64,000 bases of DNA, from positions 11,709-75,708 of the forward strand of contig CP011213.1 in NCBI GenBank assembly GCA_001029735.1, in the 5' to 3' direction. Each line of letters opens with the position of its first letter. Positions within the stretch are counted from its first letter, which is position 1. The stretch is from Berkelbacteria bacterium GW2011_GWE1_39_12. Its GTDB lineage: Bacteria; Patescibacteriota; UBA1384; UBA12157. Below are positions 55,802-64,000 of this stretch, in pieces. The notes under the pieces are model-generated. The model ran no database searches and had not been told where the DNA came from. It saw only the letters and a program-made list of their open reading frames with translations. The position numbers were made by a program, and so were the translations under genes.

Positions 55802-57106
55802 TTAAGGTGTTGGGCGGATTGCGATTCCGATCGGTTTAGGAATACCTGGAAACGACCAAGTATCTAGCAGGTTTATCGAACTTCCATTGACGGCATATCG
55901 AATAATTTGTTGTTCACTATCATTTACGAGATAAAGATTACCATCGGCGCCAATGACGGTTTGCTCAACGCCATTTGCATTTGTAAGAAAAGATCCTTGG
56001 CGGTCTAGATTTTTATTGAAAGTAATAATTTTGACTTTAGGATTTGAACTTACAGACACATAAACCACATCTCCTGCAATCACAACGGATTCCGGAGGAC
56101 CATCGGCTGAAGAAATAGCTTTCGTAAGCGGATTAGTCAAATCTGCATCAAATCTGCTGATATGACCATTAGAAGCTACTAGATCGCTATCAGTAACATA
56201 AACTTTCCCTTCCGGACTAACGGCGACTTGATTAATGTAATTAGTCACAGGAATTGAAAGTGTTACAGAAGCATCACATTTACCCGTATCTAAACGGCAT
56301 CGCTGAACTCTTGGGACCTGATCAGTAATATACATATAATCGCCAAAGATGGTTATGCCTTCCGGATGATTAAATTCATCCAACGCATTTCCTGAATCAG
56401 TCGCTGCAGAATTAGATGTTGTATTCCAAGCGCCGTTAGCACCTTTCCCTATCCAGCCTTTAAAATCTAGATTCCGACCAGTATTATCATAAAGATATTT
56501 TGCGATTCTGTGATTACCGCCGTCTGCTACATAAAGGTTGCTTTTATTATCGATTTTAATGTCTACAGCAATACAGTCAGGATTTTTTAACTTGGTTGCA
56601 GCGTAATTAAAAGATTTAATCTCTCTACCGCGCTCGTCTAATACGTAAATTGCTTTTTCACTATTAGTTGAATTGACTTGATTATTACTCACGAAGATAT
56701 CTTGTCTTATGCCAACTGGCGAAAATTTGATTTTAACATTATAAGTAGTGTTACCTAAGGACATAGGAAATGATGATTGGTCAGCTATCTGCGAAACCGC
56801 CCAAACTCCGGCTGTATTATTTAATCTATATGATTTCGTGTAATCAGAAATTAGATCTAAAAAGTCACTATAGCCAGTTGAGCTGCCTAAAAGCTTGGCA
56901 TCACGCGCCGATTTCACTTTATTGATCTGTCCTTCAGCTATATTAGTAGCAGTTTGTTGATGTTTAGTGTAAGCAGCTAATCGAATATTCAGCACCTCAA
57001 CGCCAACAGCACCGCCAAGGACTAGAAGTAAAATTCCAATAGCAACCAATAATTCGACAAGTGTAAAACCCTTTGATTTTATTTGGGAAAACCCGTATTT
57101 TTCCAT
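55802..57106 (-). CDS. type IV pilin-like protein with C-terminal NHL-repeat beta-propeller (putative pilus-associated adhesin/minor pilin)
   Basis: Prepilin N-terminus KG|FTLVELLVAIGILLLV; NHL-like repeats YVADGGNHRIAKY, VYVTDSD, GIAIRPT. Confidence 0.6.
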   Translation of the reverse strand: MEKYGFSQIKSKGFTLVELLVAIGILLLVLGGAVGVEVLNIRLAAYTKHQQTATNIAEGQINKVKSARDAKLLGSSTGYSDFLDLISDYTKSYRLNNTAGVWAVSQIADQSSFPMSLGNTTYNVKIKFSPVGIRQDIFVSNNQVNSTNSEKAIYVLDERGREIKSFNYAATKLKNPDCIAVDIKIDNKSNLYVADGGNHRIAKYLYDNTGRNLDFKGWIGKGANGAWNTTSNSAATDSGNALDEFNHPEGITIFGDYMYITDQVPRVQRCRLDTGKCDASVTLSIPVTNYINQVAVSPEGKVYVTDSDLVASNGHISRFDADLTNPLTKAISSADGPPESVVIAGDVVYVSVSSNPKVKIITFNKNLDRQGSFLTNANGVEQTVIGADGNLYLVNDSEQQIIRYAVNGSSINLLDTWSFPGIPKPIGIAIRPTP

Positions 57107-57118
57107 AATTAATTTCTC

Positions 57119-57481
57119 CTATGAACCTATCTGAGTTACTTTACCGGTCGAAACATCATATCTAAATCCCATGTAGCTATTTTTAAATTTAGCTTTTGAC
57201 TCAACAGAACCACTGCAAACTTTGACGTCTGCTTCGCCTTCTGCCGGATTTGATTGATTTATATAAAATTTCATCGAAGTAGTACAAGAGGTGAAATGGC
57301 CTACAATTTGTTCAACTATCCCCCACTCTAATCCGCTCTGAGCCACTTGTCTTACTTGAGTTGTTTCGTCAGCCTTTCTTGCGATGGAAATACTGGCGAA
57401 GGAAGATGCACCAATGGCTATAATCGTGGTACTGATCAAAGCGACTAATAGGACGACATAAATTAATGCAAAACCTTTCAA
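57119..57481 (-). CDS. pilin/pseudopilin-like small protein lacking Glu5
   Basis: N-terminal hydrophobic helix MKGFALIYVVLLVALI; location within pilin cluster. Confidence 0.35.
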   Translation of the reverse strand: MKGFALIYVVLLVALISTTIIAIGASSFASISIARKADETTQVRQVAQSGLEWGIVEQIVGHFTSCTTSMKFYINQSNPAEGEADVKVCSGSVESKAKFKNSYMGFRYDVSTGKVTQIGS

Positions 57482-57494
57482 ACTTACTCCTTAA

Positions 57495-58121
57495 CTAAAA
57501 CTTACTTACAGTGCCATAATTCAAAGTATAAGTATTTTCCATGGTACTTGTAGTCGTATTTTTTTTATCTTGTGCAACTACGCTAATGTATAAATAGGGA
57601 GAATTTTTGAGTCCTGTCTCATAATCTTTCGTTTCAGATGTGTTTCCAAACCCATTATCAAAAGTCATAATATCTATACTAGATGGAGAAAGCTGTTGAC
57701 CAGTAGAGGCTATACCTGTAGCCGATTCTGGATAAGTTGCACTACAGGTCGAAACCGACTTTGTATACAAAGCGGTACCGGACTTGGCTAGATAATTGCA
57801 ACCAGTTCCATCATTGCTACCAAAAACAACCAAGTTTGCATTTATCACGCGAAAACCATAAATCGTATTCCCGCCGACTGCAACTTTACCAGCACTGTTC
57901 ATTTGGCCATTAACATAGCTAAAGACCGAATTCAGGTTTTTGTTTAAATTATAAGTGTTCGCCGACTGAGTTCTGCCGGTAATAAATCCTACAAGTAAAG
58001 ATGATGAGCCAATTAGGATGATCATACTAAAAATGAATATAACTACCATTAATTCTGTTAAGCTAAAAGCTTTACTAAATTTAGTTTTTCTTAACATCGA
58101 CGCTCCCATTTTGAAAAACAT
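57495..58121 (-). CDS. prepilin-type N-terminal cleavage/methylation domain protein (minor pilin; Ala at position -1)
   Basis: SKA|FSLTELMVVIFIFSMIILIG. Confidence 0.6.
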   Translation of the reverse strand: MFFKMGASMLRKTKFSKAFSLTELMVVIFIFSMIILIGSSSLLVGFITGRTQSANTYNLNKNLNSVFSYVNGQMNSAGKVAVGGNTIYGFRVINANLVVFGSNDGTGCNYLAKSGTALYTKSVSTCSATYPESATGIASTGQQLSPSSIDIMTFDNGFGNTSETKDYETGLKNSPYLYISVVAQDKKNTTTSTMENTYTLNYGTVSKF

Positions 58122-58524
58122 TTACTTTATAACTTTCACCAGTTGGACCAGTTAAAACAAGTGATTTTTTAGCCGTTTGTCCGCTGGCATTGAAAGAAAT
58201 TGGACCGCCACTAATAGTAATGCTCGATGGCAAAGTTGATTCAAAAATCCGTGCACCCAAAGCGGAATTTTCAGTTACAGTTAACTTTTTCGTTGGTGAC
58301 GTAATTACATTTACCCATACCGAGCTAACCCCCATGTTCTTAGGTGAAATAGCGTAGCTTCTAGCCCTCAAGATAGTGTCACTTGTTTTCTGTGCAGCAA
58401 CTTGAACGTCTCTGACTTTTCGGACTGTGTAATATGAGGAAAATGATAACGCGCCCAATATACCTACAATACCAATTACAACCATCATTTCAGCTAGCGT
58501 AAAGCCTTTTGAAGTTTTCATCAT
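58081..58524 (-). CDS. prepilin-type minor pilin
   Basis: SKG|FTLAEMMVVIGIVGILGAL. Confidence 0.65.
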   Translation of the reverse strand: MMKTSKGFTLAEMMVVIGIVGILGALSFSSYYTVRKVRDVQVAAQKTSDTILRARSYAISPKNMGVSSVWVNVITSPTKKLTVTENSALGARIFESTLPSSITISGGPISFNASGQTAKKSLVLTGPTGESYKVNVFQNGSVDVKKN

Positions 58525-59327
58525 GAACCCATCCCCAAGCTATTTAAATACCATTTGATAATTTGATCACCCCAAAAGATTGCCACGTAACCACCTATTA
58601 TTAAGAACGGCGCAAAAGGCACCATGTCTTTCATTGTTTTTTTTCTAGAAAAAATGAGGGCTAAGCTAATTACACTGCCTAGAGCAAAAGCGGCAAAGGT
58701 GGCAAGTAATACATTTGGCCAAAAACTAATAGCTCCTAGCAAAAAACCAAGTTTTATATCCCCTATCCCCATCCATTTTTCCCAAGAAACTAAAACAATC
58801 AAGCCTAAAAATCCGCCTAAAGCTAATCCGCCATAAAGAGAACTTAAAATAATCGGCAATGATTGCTGAATAAAAAAATAATCAACCACCAAATAAATTA
58901 CCCATAAACCAATTGATAACCAAATTAAAAAATCAGCAATTAAGAAATGTAAAATATCATAAGTTAAAACAACCATCAAAATCGATGAAATAATGAGCAA
59001 GACAGCAAATTCTAAACTAAAACCAAATTTCCAAAAAAGCAAAGCGAAAATCAGTGCCGTCGCTAATTCAACCAATGGATACTGAACAGAAATTGGCTTT
59101 TTACAAAATCTGCATTTGCCTGCCAATAATACAAAAGAAAAAAATGGGAATAAATCATACCAATGTAGTTGTTTTTTGCATTCTGGACAATGGGATCTAG
59201 TTTTTATGACTGATCGTAAATCATCAAACCGCAAAATTATTACATTCAAAAAAGAACCGATTATAAGACCAAAGATTGCTACAATAATGTAATCAAAATA
59301 AACATTAACAAGCATAGTTTCTTTCAA
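58521..59327 (-). CDS. pilD: prepilin peptidase (A24 family, PilD-like)
   Basis: Zinc-binding CPECKK...CRFCKK in the N-terminal domain; polytopic membrane protein. Confidence 0.85.
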   Translation of the reverse strand: MKETMLVNVYFDYIIVAIFGLIIGSFLNVIILRFDDLRSVIKTRSHCPECKKQLHWYDLFPFFSFVLLAGKCRFCKKPISVQYPLVELATALIFALLFWKFGFSLEFAVLLIISSILMVVLTYDILHFLIADFLIWLSIGLWVIYLVVDYFFIQQSLPIILSSLYGGLALGGFLGLIVLVSWEKWMGIGDIKLGFLLGAISFWPNVLLATFAAFALGSVISLALIFSRKKTMKDMVPFAPFLIIGGYVAIFWGDQIIKWYLNSLGMGS

Positions 59328-59460
59328 AGCTTACATTACTGTTTCTTATGGAAGTTGTTTCCTGACGAGCTTTTAGAAAATAAAGAAAACCAAACAAGAT
59401 AATTGTTATAACAATTAAAGCAATGATTAACTCAATTAATGTAAAAGCTTTTTTCATATT
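59305..59460 (-). CDS. candidate 51-aa mini-pilin ORF overlapping the pilD start (below the ORF-track length cutoff)
   Basis: Translation MKKAFTLIELIIALIVITIILFGFLYFLKARQETTSIRNSNVSFERNYAC; class III signal-peptide-like KKA|FTLIEL. Confidence 0.3.
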   Translation of the reverse strand, partial: NMKKAFTLIELIIALIVITIILFGFLYFLKARQETTSIRNSNVSFERNYAC

Positions 59461-59461
59461 T

Positions 59462-60052
59462 CTAATCACTGCTACACAACCTGTGAGCGCTACTATTTAA
59501 AGTATTAGTTGGACCATCATTGCTCGTGTAAATTCCAGCGTTACCAAAAGAATCAACACAGAACCAGTTACTGTAATCGAACGGCGATAATTTTGCCCAG
59601 GCAGCATACTGATTATTGTTAGCCCAGATTGTTAAACCGGAAGCAGTAGCTGTACATCCCTTATTCAAATTGCAAATATCAGAGGCTATCTTATTAATAG
59701 CTGATGTAGCATCCGCGTCACCTGTCACAGTCTTTGATGTGCATGGAATAAAATCAGTACCAGCGGCAGTAAAGCAAGTGTCAACATGAGCCCCACCTGC
59801 TCCAACACCGGGTCCAAGAGAATATTTTCCTACACGATCGTAGTGGTTTTGCATAACAATTGACATCTGCCGAACATTACTTATGATTCTTGTGTCCTTC
59901 GTTTTAGTTCTAGTCCTGCTTAATGCCGTTAAAATCATCGTGGACAAGATTCCAATAATTGCGATAACGACCAAAAGCTCGATCAAAGTAAAGCCATTCG
60001 ACAAAAACCTAGGTTTTGATAATTTGTTCATAAAAACTCCTTTTTTTCTCAA
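59462..60052 (-). CDS. type IV pilin (candidate major pilin)
   Basis: SNG|FTLIELLVVIAIIGIL; Cys pairs in the C-terminal D-region. Confidence 0.75.
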   Translation of the reverse strand: MRKKGVFMNKLSKPRFLSNGFTLIELLVVIAIIGILSTMILTALSRTRTKTKDTRIISNVRQMSIVMQNHYDRVGKYSLGPGVGAGGAHVDTCFTAAGTDFIPCTSKTVTGDADATSAINKIASDICNLNKGCTATASGLTIWANNNQYAAWAKLSPFDYSNWFCVDSFGNAGIYTSNDGPTNTLNSSAHRLCSSD

Positions 60053-60100
60053 GGAATCACCTTATTGGAGATATCTCATTCAATAAGGTGATCTTCTTGA

Positions 60101-60514
60101 TTAAAGCGGGGTTCCACCAGAAAGTATACCAGCTGCGCAAGTAGCGCCTTTCATCGTCTGGCCGGCATCAGATACAGATACAGTTGTGCCATCGTTCAAT
60201 GTAGCAATTGCACAATAATTTACAGAAGGGGCAGCGCTTTTAGTCAAAGCATAAGCGCTTGAAGCATTCTGCGCAAGAATATCGGCAGTGTAGTTTGTGT
60301 ATCCTGTTTGGGTCGCTATGTTATTATAGTTCCCATCAGTACTATATGCTGTTTCTGCAAGAACTCTAATTTGCGCAATGTCTGCTTTAATTCTCGAATC
60401 TTTTGCTTTAGCTCTAGCCGTGTTTAAAGCAACCAAAATCATAGCGGCTAAAATACCAATAATAGCGATGACGACCAACAATTCAATTAAAGTAAAACCT
60501 TTTTTTAATTTCAT
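60101..60514 (-). CDS. type IV pilin (probable start at MKLKKGFTLIELL; the track ORF extends to 60568)
   Basis: KKG|FTLIELLVVIAIIGILAAM; AGGGAA SD before ATG 60514; C-terminal Cys pair. Confidence 0.75.
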   Translation of the reverse strand: MKLKKGFTLIELLVVIAIIGILAAMILVALNTARAKAKDSRIKADIAQIRVLAETAYSTDGNYNNIATQTGYTNYTADILAQNASSAYALTKSAAPSVNYCAIATLNDGTTVSVSDAGQTMKGATCAAGILSGGTPL

Positions 60515-60571
60515 TTTTTCCCTTATATTTAATTCACCAGTCATTCGACCAGATGACTTGTTTTTCAACTA

Positions 60572-61669
60572 TTACTCAAGATTAGCTTGCGCCAAAGAAT
60601 AAATTGGCCAGATGATAGAAAAGACAAGAAAACCGACTCCAATTCCGACAATCACAATAATTACAGGTTCAACCAAACTTGATAGACTCTTAATCCTCGT
60701 GTCAGTTTCTCTTTCATAATATTCTGCCAGCTTTGTCAAAACCGGGCCAATTTTTCCAGTTTGTTCACCCACCATAATCATTTCCGACACTACTGGAGGA
60801 AAGTTTTTATCTTTTTGCAGCGGCACCGACATTGGGATACCTCTTTCAACCTGCGCAGCAACATCTTTTAAGCTCTTTGTATATATATGGTTTTGGATCA
60901 CATCGGCTGAAATGGCGATTGTTTCCATAATCGGAATGCCGGCTTGAATCAACATGGACATGGTACGGCAAAAACGAGCCATATAGATCATGGTATAAAG
61001 TTCTCTTGCAATCGGCAAATGAATCTTAAATTTATCCCAGGTGCTACCACCTTCTTTGGTTCTAATAAAATAGGAAAAACCTGCAACTATGGCTATCAAC
61101 ACTATCACATCTAGCCACCAAAACTTAACTGTAAAATTGGAAACAGCAATAATCATTCTGGTAGCCAAAGGTAATTCAACGTTCATATCAGCAAAAACGC
61201 TTTTAAGCTGAGGCACAATAAAAATCATCATTAAGAAGATAATGACAACCATTGTAATAACGATAAAAGCCGGGTAGTACATAGCGGCTTTAATTTTCGA
61301 GTTGAATTCTTCGGTGAGTTCGAGTCGATCTGCCAACTGATTTAAAACTAAATCTAATTTACCGCTATTTTCACCCGATCGAACTATAGCAATAAAGACA
61401 GGATCAAAAATTTTGTTGTATTTAGAAAGGGAAAAAGAAAGACTGTTCCCCTGCTCAAGATCTGTCACAATACCCAAATAGGCTTTTTTCAATGTTTGTT
61501 TCTGGGCCTGAGAAGAAAGTATTCTAAAAGATTGATCTATAGCCAAACCAGCGCCAAGCATTGTCGCGAGCTGACGAGCTAAAACCGCTTTATCCTTACC
61601 GCCAACGCGGGAAAATAAATCCGTCTGAAGCGCCTGTAGATTTAGTTTCAAAAATCCCTCCTCTAACAT
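60572..61669 (-). CDS. pilC: type IV pilus assembly platform protein PilC (GspF family)
   Basis: Two GspF repeats, polytopic membrane protein. Confidence 0.85.
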   Translation of the reverse strand: MLEEGFLKLNLQALQTDLFSRVGGKDKAVLARQLATMLGAGLAIDQSFRILSSQAQKQTLKKAYLGIVTDLEQGNSLSFSLSKYNKIFDPVFIAIVRSGENSGKLDLVLNQLADRLELTEEFNSKIKAAMYYPAFIVITMVVIIFLMMIFIVPQLKSVFADMNVELPLATRMIIAVSNFTVKFWWLDVIVLIAIVAGFSYFIRTKEGGSTWDKFKIHLPIARELYTMIYMARFCRTMSMLIQAGIPIMETIAISADVIQNHIYTKSLKDVAAQVERGIPMSVPLQKDKNFPPVVSEMIMVGEQTGKIGPVLTKLAEYYERETDTRIKSLSSLVEPVIIVIVGIGVGFLVFSIIWPIYSLAQANLE

Positions 61670-61738
61670 AATAAGAACATAACCAATACTACATAACTAA
61701 GTATATCAACACAAAAAAATTAATTCAATAAATGAAAA

Positions 61739-62824
61739 TTAATATACCATCATTTTAAATGCTTTCGGATCGATTGCCCAGGCCAAAGCATTGTCAATTG
61801 TGATTTCACCTTTGGAGACTAATTCCGCCAGCACTTTATCCATGGCAATCATACCTTCGGCAGCGGAAGTTTGAATGACGTTTGGCAATTGGTGAGTTTT
61901 GCCTTCACGAATAATGGCTCTAACGGCTGAATTGGCAATCATAATTTCACAGGCAACAACACGACCGCCTTGCGTCCTAGGTAATAATCTTTGAGAAACA
62001 ACACCAAGCAAAACATTGGCAAGCTGCATCCTAACCTGTTGTTGTTGGTGAGGTGGAAAAACATCAATAATACGATCGGCGGTCTGAGAAGCTGAGTTGG
62101 TGTGTAAAGTGGCAAAAACTAGGTGACCGGTTTCTGCAATCGTGAGTGCAGCTTCAATAGTTTCTAAATCGCGCATTTCACCGACCAACACAACATTTGG
62201 ATCTTCACGTAATGAAGAACGCAATGCCCGAGCAAAAGAATTGGTATCAGAACCAACTTCTCTTTGTGAAATAATAGATTTATCATGCTCAAAAACATAT
62301 TCGATCGGATCTTCAATTGTGACAATATGCTCACTACGAGTATGGTTAATTTGGTTGATCATTGCGGCCAATGTAGTCGACTTACCATGCCCAGTCGGAC
62401 CGGTAATAATAACGAAACCCTGGGATGGTGTCGTAAATTTTTCCAAAATCGGCGGGACACCAAGATCGGTTAAACTTTTGATTAGTTTTGGAATTAAGCG
62501 CAACGAAGCGGCCATGTTACCTTTTTGGAAATAAACATTCGAACGAAAGCGCATGTCATTATAGCCAAAGGAAAAATCCACTTCCTTGCGAACCTTCAAT
62601 CTCTCAATTTGTTCAGCACTCATAAAACTTTGGATCAGACTCGAAGCCTGCTCCGATGTTAAATTAGCTTGGTCTGGCACTGCCATTAATGCACCATCAA
62701 TTCTAATCATCGGCGGTACACCGGTAGTTAAATGCAAATCTGATGCTTTTTTTTGAATAGAAAGGTCTAATAAACTTTTCATTTCTGGGATTAGTCCAAC
62801 CTGCATAGATCCTCCTTTTAACAA
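61739..62824 (-). CDS. pilT: type IV pilus retraction ATPase PilT
   Basis: Walker A GPTGHGKSTT; Walker B/Asp box; PilT-size (361 aa) without the PilB N-domain or zinc motif. Confidence 0.85.
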   Translation of the reverse strand: MLKGGSMQVGLIPEMKSLLDLSIQKKASDLHLTTGVPPMIRIDGALMAVPDQANLTSEQASSLIQSFMSAEQIERLKVRKEVDFSFGYNDMRFRSNVYFQKGNMAASLRLIPKLIKSLTDLGVPPILEKFTTPSQGFVIITGPTGHGKSTTLAAMINQINHTRSEHIVTIEDPIEYVFEHDKSIISQREVGSDTNSFARALRSSLREDPNVVLVGEMRDLETIEAALTIAETGHLVFATLHTNSASQTADRIIDVFPPHQQQQVRMQLANVLLGVVSQRLLPRTQGGRVVACEIMIANSAVRAIIREGKTHQLPNVIQTSAAEGMIAMDKVLAELVSKGEITIDNALAWAIDPKAFKMMVY

Positions 62825-62826
62825 AA

Positions 62827-63987
62827 TTAACTGCTTGTCGTTACTCTTAAAACTTCGCCAACGGTCGTCTCCCCTTTGATAGCCTTAATTAAACCGTCCT
62901 GCTTTAATGTTATCATTCCCTCGGCAACGGCTTGGTGTGCAATTTCTGATGCCGGACGTTTCTTAATGGCTAATTCTTCGATTTTATCGGACATACTTAA
63001 GACTTCATAAATACCCATTCGTCCTGAATACCCATGGTCACATTCGGAACAACCTTGACCTTCGTAAAATTTATATGGTTTTTGCAAATTAAATTTAGCT
63101 AATTCTTTTTCAATATCTATTCTGAAGACTTCTGGTAATGCCACTTCTTTTTTACATTTTTGACAGAGTTTTCGAACCAAACGCTGCGCCACTATTACAT
63201 TAACTGAAGAAGTAATTAAGAAAGGCTCAATCCCCATATTAATTAATCGCGGCAAGGCGCCGGCGGAATCATTGGTGTGAAGAGTCGATAACACCAAATG
63301 ACCGGTTAAAGCCGCATGTGTTGCCATTCCAGCCGTTTCGGAGTCACGAATTTCTCCAACCATAATAATATTAGGATCTTGTCTTAGGACACTTCTTAAC
63401 CCTTCAGCAAAGGAAAAACCGATTTTTGGCTTAACTTGGCATTGATTGATACCCGGGATTTCGTATTCGACTGGATCTTCGAGAGTAATAACGTTTACTG
63501 ACGGACTGCTTATTTTTTTCAAAATTGAATACAAAGTCGTCGATTTGCCCGAACCGGTCGGGCCTGTAGCTAAAATAACACCATAAGGCTTAATAATATT
63601 TTCTTCTAAAACCTTTAAGTTGTGGCCTTTGATACCAAGCTGCTCAAAAGAATAGATATTTTGGGTTTTGTCTAATAAACGCAAAGCTGCTTTTTCACCA
63701 CGAACAGTTGGTAAAGTTGAAACACGAATATCAATTTCATGCCCGTGAGTTTTCACATCGAACCTTCCGTCCTGAGGAATTCGTTGTTCATCGATCTTCA
63801 GTCTTGAGAGAATTTTTATTCTTGAGATGAGCGCTGGCTGTAACTCGATCGGCATCTTAATGACATCGCGTAAAACACCGTCAACGCGAAAACGTATTCT
63901 TAGCTCGTCTTCTTCTGGCTCAACGTGAATATCGGAAGCCTTTTTTAGCACAGCCAAAGCTACAGTTGCCGCTAAGATTTTGGGCAC
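62827..63987 (-). CDS. pilB: type IV pilus assembly ATPase PilB/GspE (N-terminus probably continues beyond the window edge)
   Basis: Walker A GPTGSGKSTT; tetracysteine CQKCKK...CSECDHGY; ORF runs to the window boundary. Confidence 0.8.
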   Translation of the reverse strand: MPKILAATVALAVLKKASDIHVEPEEDELRIRFRVDGVLRDVIKMPIELQPALISRIKILSRLKIDEQRIPQDGRFDVKTHGHEIDIRVSTLPTVRGEKAALRLLDKTQNIYSFEQLGIKGHNLKVLEENIIKPYGVILATGPTGSGKSTTLYSILKKISSPSVNVITLEDPVEYEIPGINQCQVKPKIGFSFAEGLRSVLRQDPNIIMVGEIRDSETAGMATHAALTGHLVLSTLHTNDSAGALPRLINMGIEPFLITSSVNVIVAQRLVRKLCQKCKKEVALPEVFRIDIEKELAKFNLQKPYKFYEGQGCSECDHGYSGRMGIYEVLSMSDKIEELAIKKRPASEIAHQAVAEGMITLKQDGLIKAIKGETTVGEVLRVTTSS

Positions 63988-64000
63988 ATTCCCAGTTTGA

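Overview
This is a 64 kb chromosomal window from a low-GC (roughly 33-35%) bacterium whose gene content looks like a Patescibacteria/CPR-type organism. It carries many type IV pilus genes, an LPXTG surface protein, a minimal housekeeping set and compact operons, and standard stop codons appear to be in use. Most of the window is housekeeping: secD-secF, tgt, rplL-rplJ, rplA, pth, prfB, cysS, recR, topA, dprA, rplK-nusG-secE, rplU, a SEDS-family ftsW/rodA, ileS and rnhA. There is also a UvrD-type helicase-nuclease, several small-molecule enzymes, and a type IV pilus locus (pilB/pilT/pilC, pilins, pilD) next to two very large repeat-rich surface proteins.

The features I consider most unusual are:
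- **Tandem ATPase operon:** a dedicated operon encodes two paralogous, membrane-anchored VirB4/FtsK-HerA-type ATPases and two small unknown proteins, followed by a 616-bp structured non-coding spacer.
- **IleRS insertion:** a type-2 IleRS carries an inserted, apparently complete histidine-phosphatase (PGAM-like) domain.
- **αCTD cassette:** a 1.3 kb higher-GC cassette has consensus promoters and strong terminators. It encodes a standalone RNA polymerase alpha-CTD-like protein, another small protein and a likely structured ncRNA.
- **CsrA-like gene:** a CsrA-like gene with its own promoter and terminator sits antisense inside the rplA-rplJ spacer.
- **Candidate sRNA:** a promoter-to-terminator sRNA unit without an ORF lies near 7.0 kb.
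- **N-terminal extensions:** L7/L12, L1 and NusG all carry charged N-terminal extensions.
- **Split ribosomal cluster:** the conserved rplK-rplA cluster is split by about 14 kb.
- **High-GC islands:** a PfkB kinase gene and a group of secreted-protein genes have much higher GC than their surroundings.

No rRNA, tRNA or CRISPR array was seen.
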